IMG/VR virus record: IMGVR_UViG_3300042892_005961
Location: 147,169-211,168 of that record
Strand: one strand, 5' to 3'
Length of the DNA stretch: 64,000 nucleotides
Positions 20,809-29,683 of the stretch are shown here, in pieces. Made by a program: the position numbers and the translations under genes. The number at the start of each line of letters is the position of its first letter. The first letter of the stretch is position 1. Below the pieces are notes generated by a model. It saw only the letters and a program-made list of their open reading frames with translations. It was not told the origin of the DNA and did not search any database.

Positions 20809-20982
20809 TTATGTATCCTCTTTTATTTTTGAGTTCCCTTTTATAATATGTGGGGGGTCATAAGGACAATTTGCGCATCCATTGGAACAACAATGTCCTC
20901 TCTTCTGTAAAAAAAGAGAAGTCAGAACCATAAGCCCCGACTTCTCATCTATGTAATAATCTACTCCTTCCTCTAATTTCAT
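20809..20982 (-). CDS. DUF5522-like small Cys-rich protein
   Basis: Not in ORF track. My translation MKLEEGVDYYIDEKSGLMVLTSLFLQKRGHCCSNGCANCPYDPPHIIKGNSKIKEDT (57 aa); ATG overlaps the RNR stop (TAATG). KRGxCCxxGCxxCPY matches my recollection of DUF5522. Confidence 0.75.
   Translation of the reverse strand: MKLEEGVDYYIDEKSGLMVLTSLFLQKRGHCCSNGCANCPYDPPHIIKGNSKIKEDT
20909..20946 (-). terminator. Terminator-like hairpin inside the DUF5522-like ORF
   Basis: GAGAAGTCGG-11 nt-CTGACTTCTC followed by T7. Confidence 0.55.
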
Positions 20983-23243
20983 TAGATACTTGTCACATCA
21001 CATTGTGCTCCACTACAAGATTGTGCCGCATAATCGGAAATACTCTTGTATTGTGGTTTATCTAAAATTTCACCGAAGTTTACTTCTTTGAATTGACGAG
21101 TAATAGTCTCCCACTTATAGAATAAATGAACGTCTTTTAAACAATAAACCATCTTCTTCAAATCACCTTTAAAGTAATTCTTCGCAAATTTCTTCGCTCT
21201 TGAGATCCAATATTTCTTTAATAAGACTTGTTCTCTTGTTCCTGTAATTTGTATTGAATCGTCTAATAAAGTATCTGTTGCTAACCATAAGTTTTGATTA
21301 AAATAATGTAAACCATCAATAATCAAACCAGATGCTAATACCGAACCTTTACCATATACCTCAACTAATTCGTCAAGATTTAATACTGACGTAAATGGCG
21401 CTTGATTGAAATCTTTATCTCCGTAGTCTGACATGAAACTAACCGCAGTAAATAAATCTCTTTGTTCCCAAATATAATCAACAATTGCATCTTTATCGTC
21501 AATAATAACTGTACAAGATGTATTATGATTTACCGGCATATAAGCACATAACTCAGGATTAGTTCCAGCATTTACCCAATGTTGTTGAACCAACTTAATT
21601 AACTCAAGGTGTTTAATACCTTTCATATCTTTTTTGAATAAACCAACTTTTGGATTTTCAACAGGAACGAATACAACATAATCTGATTTAGTTGAAGACC
21701 ATACACTTTCTTCTAATAAGAAAGCCATATTTTCTTCTAACCATTTTGCAGTGTTACTTTCTTTATTTAACTGCATGATACGGAAATACTTTTCAGAGTG
21801 TTCAGGGTGAATACCTGATGCAGTTCCTAATACAACTGACGCATTACCTGAAGGTTTTACACAAGTAGTTCTTGCCGCTTGGTTAATTCCAATTACCGCT
21901 GCCAATTCTTTATTAGCATCTTTTACGGCTTGTGCTCCTTCTTCTAATAATTCAGCATTAAATAATTTAGGATTATTCATCCAACCTGTAATACTAACAC
22001 CTAACAAAGCTTCTCTTTCAAAGATTGCTTTACTTGTTTCACCTAAATAAGGAAAATTAGTATAACCCGCTTGTAATGTTCCTAAGAAAGAAGCATCTTT
22101 ACATGCCTTTAAAAACTTTTCTTTTGTTGTTGCCTTCTCAGCATTGATCTCGGTTAAATTACAACCTTGAATACCGAACTTAGATTTGTTGTCTTTAACA
22201 TATTGTTCAACTTCATCATATTTGATTTTACCAAAATCAATTGTATCTAATACAGGGATTTTCATAATCTCAAAACATGGATTAAACATATCAAACCAAC
22301 TGTTCGCAAAAACAAAACCAATATCATTTGCTCCGTCATTTAATTGTACCAAGTAATTGAATTGTTCTTTAACAACTTCACTTCTCAATAAAATAACTGA
22401 GTTATTACTACGACCTCTTTGTGGGTTTTCTATTCTCCAATTACCTGTCTTAGCGTGGATCATCTCATCATCATTAGGATCAACGATCATATTCAACGCT
22501 GAACGTCTAACACCACCCGACAATACTGCATCCGCTGAGTGACAAATAATATCAAACGCTAAGATAGGACGAATTTTTTCTCCTTCATTAGTTAACCACT
22601 TTTCAATTAACGATTCTATTTTTTCTAAAGATTGTTTTAAACCATCAGGACCAGGTGCTTTAAAACCACCGCTGATGAATGAACCTTTCTCACGAATTAA
22701 AGAATAATCTAATTTAACTTCATAACCTGCATATTCAGGGAATGGTTGTTCGTCAACAAAGTAAGATGATAACAATACACCCAATGCGTTTGCCCAACCT
22801 TCAATTGAATCTTCAATATAAAAAGTTTTAGTCCCTAAAGTTCTTTTTTGAATTCTACTTAAATTATTTACAAAAGGAGTTAATAATCCTCCACCGAATC
22901 CACAACCAGATAATGCCAAGTAAAAAATCTCTTGGAATACTCTATTACGTGCAATGTGTCCTGATGTACAGTTAAACATTCTCGTGTTATGTTTCATAAT
23001 TTGTTCGTGTCTGTATTGTAAGTTTCTTTGTGAAGCTAATACAGCTTGATCTTTCATACTCTCAACGGCAGATTGTAAATATGGTTCAATTGCCTCAGCA
23101 TAATCCACATATTTTTTTCTGTGTCCGTCAATTATGTTCTCACACGCGTCTTCCCACGTTTCATATCTTTTTTCATCTTCCTTCCATTTGAAATAGTCTG
23201 AGTGTAACTTTAAGTCACTCAGAAATTTTTTACCTTTCTGCAT
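20982..23243 (-). CDS. nrdJ: Ribonucleotide reductase, probably class II (adenosylcobalamin-dependent)
   Basis: 753 aa; FNC, NPCFEI, GCNLTEIN, TTCVKPSG catalytic motifs; no ATP-cone seen and no adjacent beta subunit. Confidence 0.8.
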   Translation of the reverse strand: MQKGKKFLSDLKLHSDYFKWKEDEKRYETWEDACENIIDGHRKKYVDYAEAIEPYLQSAVESMKDQAVLASQRNLQYRHEQIMKHNTRMFNCTSGHIARNRVFQEIFYLALSGCGFGGGLLTPFVNNLSRIQKRTLGTKTFYIEDSIEGWANALGVLLSSYFVDEQPFPEYAGYEVKLDYSLIREKGSFISGGFKAPGPDGLKQSLEKIESLIEKWLTNEGEKIRPILAFDIICHSADAVLSGGVRRSALNMIVDPNDDEMIHAKTGNWRIENPQRGRSNNSVILLRSEVVKEQFNYLVQLNDGANDIGFVFANSWFDMFNPCFEIMKIPVLDTIDFGKIKYDEVEQYVKDNKSKFGIQGCNLTEINAEKATTKEKFLKACKDASFLGTLQAGYTNFPYLGETSKAIFEREALLGVSITGWMNNPKLFNAELLEEGAQAVKDANKELAAVIGINQAARTTCVKPSGNASVVLGTASGIHPEHSEKYFRIMQLNKESNTAKWLEENMAFLLEESVWSSTKSDYVVFVPVENPKVGLFKKDMKGIKHLELIKLVQQHWVNAGTNPELCAYMPVNHNTSCTVIIDDKDAIVDYIWEQRDLFTAVSFMSDYGDKDFNQAPFTSVLNLDELVEVYGKGSVLASGLIIDGLHYFNQNLWLATDTLLDDSIQITGTREQVLLKKYWISRAKKFAKNYFKGDLKKMVYCLKDVHLFYKWETITRQFKEVNFGEILDKPQYKSISDYAAQSCSGAQCDVTSI

Positions 23244-23276
23244 TTGTTCTTTTTTCTTTTATGTTTGTTTTATTAA

Positions 23277-24653
23277 TTACTTTCCAGCCACTTGTTGTCT
23301 CCTTTTAAATGCTTCCGCCGCTCTATTAGCATTTATCTGAACTTTTTGTTCTTCGTGTCCCAATAATGTATTTTGAGACTCTGTATCAATAAGAAGAAAC
23401 TCGTTATTGAATTTACAGTTTTGGAATACAACACCATCTCGACCAATACGAGATTTTAATAATGTAAGAGTTGCTAAGTTATGATCTTTTTGTTCTAATG
23501 TTTTACCAATAGATAATATAACGTGTGCAATTTGTGCTTTCTTAATTGACCCACCCATTTGATCTCCAGTTACTACTTCACTTGAAATTGATTCACGGTT
23601 ACCTTGTGTTGCCGTCCATATTGCCATTTCAAATTCTCCTGTCATTGATTCTAAACTTCTCATAATAGAACCTTCACCTTTCCATTCTTCACCATTAGCT
23701 GATTTATCAGTTGAAATACAATCTACATAATCTATTACTAATAAATCAACTTTTTTAGTTCCATCAGAATTCATCTTTCTGATTTTATTTTTAATCTCAG
23801 AAACTGTAACATTATCACTTGCTAATTTTAATAATTTTAAACTACCTTTAGATTTAGCTTGAGCTTCCTCTACTTTAGCTTTAACTTCTTCTTTAAATTC
23901 AGGTTGACTATCAGGTGCAATCTCAGTCCAAATCGTATAGTGTTTTCTTTTAATATTACCCGGATTATCTTCAAAGAAAATCTGAACGACATTATAACCT
24001 AAGTTATATGCGGTGTTAGCGAACTTAGTAAGTAAGGTAGTTTTACCAGTACCTGTGGGAGCTAATACAACCCCCAATTCTCCGATCCCTAACCCACCTT
24101 TAAGTAAGTTGTCAATTCCCACAATACCTGTCGGTAATGGGTGTCTAAAGTCCTTTTCTAACGCTCCATCAATATCATGGAATACATCCGTCGCTTCATC
24201 ATTTGAAATACCAACTTGTAATGCCTTTTGGATAATTTCCTCAATCTTATTGTAAGCCTCGAACTCACCACTTTCAATAATACTCTGTACACTTTTTAAC
24301 TCTCTTTTCAAGTTTTGTTGTTTACAAAAATTAAGTGCGGTATCTTTAACATACTCAATTTGAGAATCATTATTTTTAATTGCTTCTAATGTATCTACGT
24401 GAATTTTAGAGGAATCTTTGTTACCACCTTCAGCCATGATTTTCTGTGCCAATGTATTGTAATCAGGAATTTTATTGTAATTCTTATACAACTCCTTTGT
24501 ATTTTCCATAATAAATCTAAATGAGTTATTATCAAAAAATTTACTATCTAATACATCAATAATTGTTTCTCCATACTTCTTATCTTCAATGATCGCTTTA
24601 ATAAGGGATTGTTGAAACGAAAACCCCAAATACCCAAAATTCCTTTCTTCCAT
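23277..24653 (-). CDS. dnaB: DnaB-like replicative helicase
   Basis: 458 aa; Walker A APTGTGKT, VIDYVD, WTATQGNR, KSRIG motifs. Confidence 0.9.
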   Translation of the reverse strand: MEERNFGYLGFSFQQSLIKAIIEDKKYGETIIDVLDSKFFDNNSFRFIMENTKELYKNYNKIPDYNTLAQKIMAEGGNKDSSKIHVDTLEAIKNNDSQIEYVKDTALNFCKQQNLKRELKSVQSIIESGEFEAYNKIEEIIQKALQVGISNDEATDVFHDIDGALEKDFRHPLPTGIVGIDNLLKGGLGIGELGVVLAPTGTGKTTLLTKFANTAYNLGYNVVQIFFEDNPGNIKRKHYTIWTEIAPDSQPEFKEEVKAKVEEAQAKSKGSLKLLKLASDNVTVSEIKNKIRKMNSDGTKKVDLLVIDYVDCISTDKSANGEEWKGEGSIMRSLESMTGEFEMAIWTATQGNRESISSEVVTGDQMGGSIKKAQIAHVILSIGKTLEQKDHNLATLTLLKSRIGRDGVVFQNCKFNNEFLLIDTESQNTLLGHEEQKVQINANRAAEAFKRRQQVAGK

Positions 24654-24678
24654 AGTGTTTATTATATATTGTTTTTTC

Positions 24679-25137
24679 TTATAATTCGTATCCTAAATAA
24701 CTTGTCTCCAATTCTTCTGAAGACAAAATGTCTGTCAAATCTGACAAAATTCTCTTCAATCTTGGACGAATGTCCACCGTGTATCTTGCCTTTGGATGAT
24801 AAAGATATGCGGGGAATAGTCTTTGAATAAATACATCCTCGCCCAACTTAATTTCCATTAAAAAATGTTCTTTTTCTGGAATTGCCGACTCATCCACAAC
24901 CTCCGAATGAAGGATATAGTTTTGATTCTCACATAGATAGTTAGAACTTTTTATTTTCAAATCTTCCATAAAATCCTCACAAATATTTTTTATATAATAG
25001 TGAAGATCCATTGAACGTCTAGCCTGATCAACATGATCTCTAACGTTAAAAAATCTTTGACATACGATATGTCCTTCTAATGACAACAAGAACTCAAATT
25101 TGGTTATGTTGTCTTGGTTTTGGTAATCTCTACTCAT
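24679..25137 (-). CDS. Hypothetical protein (replication block)
   Basis: 152 aa; overlaps the upstream exonuclease; no motif recognised. Confidence 0.6.
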   Translation of the reverse strand: MSRDYQNQDNITKFEFLLSLEGHIVCQRFFNVRDHVDQARRSMDLHYYIKNICEDFMEDLKIKSSNYLCENQNYILHSEVVDESAIPEKEHFLMEIKLGEDVFIQRLFPAYLYHPKARYTVDIRPRLKRILSDLTDILSSEELETSYLGYEL

Positions 25138-26164
25138 AGGGTCTTACTTTAATTGTTTTTGTTTTATTATTATTTATGTTTTTTTCTTTTCTTGTTAATC
25201 TAAGAAAAGGGTTTATAAAATTTATCCAAGCGTCTTCCGCTTTTGGTAAGATGTTGAAGATTCCGTCTTCTTGCATCATCTTCATTGCATTTTTATATGA
25301 TCTACCTTCTTGGTCTAACGGTTCATTTATTAATAGATCTATGGTTTCTTTTGCGTCGTCCGTTAAAAACGGTTCATCCAAACTTACTATCCTATTGTTT
25401 ACGTCGAAGAATTCCTCACCGAGTACACCGTGTTTTGTAACACCTGTCAATAAATTAGCAATTAACTTATTATGTTTGTCTTGTTCAAATAATTGGTTAC
25501 ATCTATCTCTAACCTGATCAACTGTAATTGGTTGATTTCTTAGTTCAGGAACCAAAGACAATAATCTTTTGAGTCCCATTCCTCTTATTCCTGCAATGTT
25601 GTCTGATGAGTCTCCACAAATCATTTTAACTAAACGAACATTTTCGATGAGAATTTCTTCGTGTTCGTAAACGATTATATCATTAGGTGAATATAATTTC
25701 CTATGTGATGGATTGTAAACTTGTGTGTTTTGTGAAACGAGTTGAGTTAAGTCCCCGTCTGATGAATAAATAATTTTCCTTTCGTTGGGTGAATTTTGAG
25801 TATAGTAAGCGATGTTGTCATCAGTCTCACAATACTCAAATTCCCCTTGTCTTACATAAACCTCTTCAAGATATTGTTTGATTCTATCTCTCTGATATAA
25901 GTAAGATTGTAAATCTTCTTCTGTTCTAACTCTTTGTCTTCTGTTTTCCTTGTAATGAGAATATATTTTTCTTCTACATTGAGATCCTTCTAATCCGTCC
26001 CAAAAGACAACAATCTTATCTAATTGGTATTGTTCAAAAGATCTTCTTAAAGTGTTTAGAAAGTGGTAGATACCACCGATGTGCGTTCCTTTATAAAACA
26101 CGTTCTTTGCACCGTAATAACCAATAGTTAATAGATTGTCTCCATCAACAAGTAAAACCGACAT
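25130..26164 (-). CDS. 5'-3' exonuclease / flap endonuclease (T4 RNase H-like)
   Basis: 344 aa; LLVDGDNL, VFWDG, ETDD, SSDGDL, GDSSDNIAGIRGMG (helix-3-turn-helix). Confidence 0.9.
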   Translation of the reverse strand: MSVLLVDGDNLLTIGYYGAKNVFYKGTHIGGIYHFLNTLRRSFEQYQLDKIVVFWDGLEGSQCRRKIYSHYKENRRQRVRTEEDLQSYLYQRDRIKQYLEEVYVRQGEFEYCETDDNIAYYTQNSPNERKIIYSSDGDLTQLVSQNTQVYNPSHRKLYSPNDIIVYEHEEILIENVRLVKMICGDSSDNIAGIRGMGLKRLLSLVPELRNQPITVDQVRDRCNQLFEQDKHNKLIANLLTGVTKHGVLGEEFFDVNNRIVSLDEPFLTDDAKETIDLLINEPLDQEGRSYKNAMKMMQEDGIFNILPKAEDAWINFINPFLRLTRKEKNINNNKTKTIKVRPYE

Positions 26165-26173
26165 TTGTTAAAT

Positions 26174-27154
26174 TTAAAGATCACTTTCTTCTGTTACAAC
26201 TTCTACGTCTGCGATGTCTGTAACATTAACACCTAACATCTTACTGATGTAATCACCACTTTCTTTTTTATACTCCTCGATAGATTTCTTCTCTTCAGTG
26301 TCTTCTCTACCTGGCATAAATCCGTGTGATGTAACCAAGATACGTCCATCCTCATATCCTAAACCATTGATGTGGTTTTTCATAATTGAGATTTTCGTTC
26401 TTGTTGCAATTTTTACTTTTCTCTTATCTTTTGTGATTGAGATTTTTGTTGTTCCCGCTCCTTTTTGATTACCAAATAAGAATACGATACTTGAGTTTAA
26501 CCAAATTGCTTCTCCACCTTTTGCTTTAATCTTTGGTTGTCCGAAAGGATTATCAGGTAATTCTACCCAAGGTTGGTTAACAATGATTAATGTGTTTGTA
26601 TAAGGTTTATCTGTTCTTCTTGACCCTGAAATACGTTGGTTGATACCCATTCCAATTTTATCGGCTAATACCGATGCGTTGTGTTGTTTACCACCTTTAC
26701 CATCGTAAGTCATCTTACATGGAACCGAACCTACCGAATCCCATAAGATTAATAAATCGTGAGGTAAATCTCCTTTCTCTTGTGCGTCTAATAGTTCGTT
26801 GATATATTCTGTAATTTGTTCGATATATTCAAAATCACTATTGAAAAGATAGTCTCCATCTTTATTAAACCCCATTAACTCCGCATGATCCCAACTCCAT
26901 TTTTGTTCGGTAATAACAAACACAGGAACGACTCCTTTCTTTTGTGCATCAACCGCAGCTTTTACAAGTGCTGTTGTTTTACCCGTATCACTATGTCCTA
27001 ACAACATATTGATGTGTCCCATTGCAGGACCTGGAATACCACAAGCGTCTAAGAAAGCATCTCCCAAATCAAAGAAACGATCTGGTTTATATTCTGCCTC
27101 TTTCGAGAACTTCTTTTTAATTGCTGAAAAATCAGTCTTTTTTATACCTGCCAT
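26174..27154 (-). CDS. recA: RecA/UvsX-like recombinase
   Basis: 326 aa; GHSDTGKT Walker A, ILWDSVG Walker B, IIVNQ, KAKGGEA, KNHI. Confidence 0.85.
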   Translation of the reverse strand: MAGIKKTDFSAIKKKFSKEAEYKPDRFFDLGDAFLDACGIPGPAMGHINMLLGHSDTGKTTALVKAAVDAQKKGVVPVFVITEQKWSWDHAELMGFNKDGDYLFNSDFEYIEQITEYINELLDAQEKGDLPHDLLILWDSVGSVPCKMTYDGKGGKQHNASVLADKIGMGINQRISGSRRTDKPYTNTLIIVNQPWVELPDNPFGQPKIKAKGGEAIWLNSSIVFLFGNQKGAGTTKISITKDKRKVKIATRTKISIMKNHINGLGYEDGRILVTSHGFMPGREDTEEKKSIEEYKKESGDYISKMLGVNVTDIADVEVVTEESDL

Positions 27155-27208
27155 AATATTGTTTTAAAAATGGGGTTTCTGACGTTATCTCCACCCCTCC
27201 GTTAATAA

Positions 27209-28051
27209 TTAGAACGGTAAGTCACCGTCTACTTCTGCGTCATCTTGTGGATCAACAACAGGAGTTGAAGACTTCGGTGCTCCGATAGTTTCTTCTGTTG
27301 TTAAATTAGAAACCCATTTGCTACTTGCGGTATCCCAACGTGGAACTTCACCTCTCGCAACCATTTCCAAATAATCTTCACCTTTTTTAGAGTAAACATC
27401 TGACCAAGTTAACTCATCATCTAACCACGTTTTTGCAACGTCTGCGTCAGTATGTAATGGACTTGGATCGTCGTTTAATACTGAATTGATAACTGTGTAT
27501 TCTTTACCTGTTCCCGCTTTTGTTAAAGCCAAAGACAAGATCAAATCACGACCATTTTCAGGATTGGTAACATCTCCTTTATTACGGAAGATTGGGAAGA
27601 TTTTGTCAATAACACCATCACCTTTGTGATTATGTTTAAATCTCCAAAATTTAACTCCATCAGCTTCATGATCACGATCGATCACTTTAACGATATAAAA
27701 CTTACGAGAACGGTAGTTACGTGCTAATTCTTTGTCAGAATCTACACCACTCATCATCAATCCTTCGTAAACCTCATTTAATGGAGAACGTTTTCCTTCT
27801 TGTGCTGGGTCATATAATTTAACCCATTTTCCGTCCACTTGAACTTCGTGGAACTTTACCTCTACGAATGGTGAAGAACCATCTTTTGTAGGTAAAATAC
27901 GGATACGTCTTTCTTCACCTTTAGAACCTTTTTGTAATACGGTTGTGAAATAACGTTTTAATCTATCCTCTGAGGATATCTTGTTGTTGTTGCCACCTGT
28001 GGCGTTTTTGTTTTTCTCGTACTGTGCAAGTACTGCATCAAATGTACTCAT
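27209..28051 (-). CDS. Single-stranded DNA-binding protein (gp32-like)
   Basis: 280 aa; RRIRILP, GRDLIL, acidic C-terminus ending DGDLPF; adjacent to the recombinase. Confidence 0.8.
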   Translation of the reverse strand: MSTFDAVLAQYEKNKNATGGNNNKISSEDRLKRYFTTVLQKGSKGEERRIRILPTKDGSSPFVEVKFHEVQVDGKWVKLYDPAQEGKRSPLNEVYEGLMMSGVDSDKELARNYRSRKFYIVKVIDRDHEADGVKFWRFKHNHKGDGVIDKIFPIFRNKGDVTNPENGRDLILSLALTKAGTGKEYTVINSVLNDDPSPLHTDADVAKTWLDDELTWSDVYSKKGEDYLEMVARGEVPRWDTASSKWVSNLTTEETIGAPKSSTPVVDPQDDAEVDGDLPF

Positions 28052-28097
28052 AGAATTAAAATTTAAATTATAAAATCATTTATGTTATAATATACAT

Positions 28098-28126
28098 AAA
28101 AAAACCCAGACTATAAAATCTGGGTT
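28098..28126 (-). terminator. Intrinsic terminator
   Basis: AACCCAGA-8 nt-TCTGGGTT followed by a T tract. Confidence 0.8.
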
Positions 28127-28151
28127 GAATTATTTTTAAAGTATTTTTTTG

Positions 28152-28379
28152 TTACCAACTAATCACATAATCGTTATTGGTACCCATGAAATTGTTCTTA
28201 GTCTGAATTTTATAACCATAATTTCTTAATGTGGTTACTATTGCGTCATTCACGTATCTTGGGTCTAAAGTAATTTGATATTGTCCTTGAGCTGTTGCTC
28301 CTGATATTAAACCATCGATATATGTTAATGAACCTGTTGCTGTATTTGAAGCTGTTCTTGCTGCTGATCCTGATTGCAT
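28152..28379 (-). CDS. Hypothetical protein
   Basis: 75 aa; co-oriented, followed by a terminator. Confidence 0.6.
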   Translation of the reverse strand: MQSGSAARTASNTATGSLTYIDGLISGATAQGQYQITLDPRYVNDAIVTTLRNYGYKIQTKNNFMGTNNDYVISW

Positions 28380-28400
28380 CTTAAATATTTTTTTTTATTT

Positions 28401-28772
28401 TTATTCTAATGTTAATAGATATGTTATTTTATTTAATAGTCCTAAAATCTCATCACGGATATTCAATAAATCCGTATCTGTTGAATCAAACTCACTACTC
28501 CATTGGATTAACGCCTCTTTAGATGTTTGTAACATGTTCTTTAAATCCAATTCAGATAAATTTACAACGTTTAATGTTTTATCTTCATTTTCTAATTTAA
28601 ATCTACCGTACTTACCCATCGCGGCCTCAGCAAACGTGTCTGTCAAATCAACTAATCCTTCATATAACTTGTCAAAGGCTTTATGTCTTGCGTAACCTTT
28701 GGTTTGCCAATGGTTAATCTTAACTTGAGCCTGAAGTTCCATTAAGAACTTTATTTTAGAAGCTATATTCAT
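28401..28772 (-). CDS. Ferritin/Dps-like four-helix protein (DUF5856-like)
   Basis: 123 aa; HWQTKGYARHKAFDKLYEGL..D.FAE and RDEILGLLNKITYLL. Confidence 0.7.
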   Translation of the reverse strand: MNIASKIKFLMELQAQVKINHWQTKGYARHKAFDKLYEGLVDLTDTFAEAAMGKYGRFKLENEDKTLNVVNLSELDLKNMLQTSKEALIQWSSEFDSTDTDLLNIRDEILGLLNKITYLLTLE

Positions 28773-29433
28773 CTTTTTGTTCTTCGTTTGGGTTAAATGA
28801 TGATCTTAATGCGTCAGGAGCGTAGTTTTCAACATCATCCTTAGTTAATACATATTCGTTTTTACCACTAGCTCTCATTTCACCTTGTTTGTGTGCGAAG
28901 AACTCTTGTGGTTTTTCATTGAATGGGTATGAATCTAAAGATCTCATTTCCAATTTTTCAATTTCAGTTTTAGGTTTGTTAGCCTCAACTGTTGCTCCTA
29001 ATTGGTCAATCTTAGCCATAACTTGATCCATTTGAGCCAATTTACTTTCTAAGTCATTCAATTTGGTGAATACGTCGTCCATTTTATTTATAACCGCAGA
29101 ATTGTCTTGTTTATTATTTTCAAGGTCGTTTTTGATATTCTTAGTCATATTAACTAAATCTGTAATATCCATTTCTTCAGTATCACCACCCATACCTGCT
29201 TCATCCATTGGAGGGGTTCCCATATCATCTGCTGGTGGAGGTGGTACATCACCACCCATGTCACCTGCTGGAGGTGGAGGAGGTACATCACCTGCTGGTG
29301 GAGGTGGTACATCACCTAATGGATCTTCTGCTGGTGCTGGTGGTGGAGCGTCTTGCTCCATGATCATTTTCTTACTATACTTGTTGATAGCATTAAAACG
29401 TTTTACTTCTTCTAATAATTTTTTCTCTAACAT
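28756..29433 (-). CDS. Acidic Pro-rich coiled-coil protein (possibly head or scaffold associated)
   Basis: 225 aa; LLEEVKRFNAINKY N-terminus, (GDVPPPP) repeats, heptad-rich middle. Confidence 0.5.
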   Translation of the reverse strand: MLEKKLLEEVKRFNAINKYSKKMIMEQDAPPPAPAEDPLGDVPPPPAGDVPPPPPAGDMGGDVPPPPADDMGTPPMDEAGMGGDTEEMDITDLVNMTKNIKNDLENNKQDNSAVINKMDDVFTKLNDLESKLAQMDQVMAKIDQLGATVEANKPKTEIEKLEMRSLDSYPFNEKPQEFFAHKQGEMRASGKNEYVLTKDDVENYAPDALRSSFNPNEEQKDEYSF

Positions 29434-29436
29434 GGC

Positions 29437-29640
29437 TTAATCTTGTAATAATTGTCTACCGTCATTGGTAATATATCTTTTATTTATTCTTTCAACGATA
29501 CCGTCTTTTTCTCTGATTGTATAACATTCTCCTGTTACTAAATCACATTCTTCTCTTTCCATACCATCATTAGATACGTTTTTAACCTTTTTAGGGTTTA
29601 AAAACTGATCCATGGTATTATTTAATCTATTATTTTCCAT
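29437..29640 (-). CDS. Hypothetical protein
   Basis: Start moved to ATG 29640 (MENNRLNN...); TATTTATA at 29658..29665 lies upstream and the longer ORF overlaps the previous gene. Confidence 0.65.
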   Translation of the reverse strand: MENNRLNNTMDQFLNPKKVKNVSNDGMEREECDLVTGECYTIREKDGIVERINKRYITNDGRQLLQD

Positions 29641-29683
29641 AATATTTGTTTTATTACTATAAATATCCCAAGTTTTATTAATA

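Noticed and set aside
27161-27203. Terminator between SSB and recA (GGGGT...ACCCC then ATTTTT)
   Set aside because: Only a 5-bp stem with a large loop; too weak to call.
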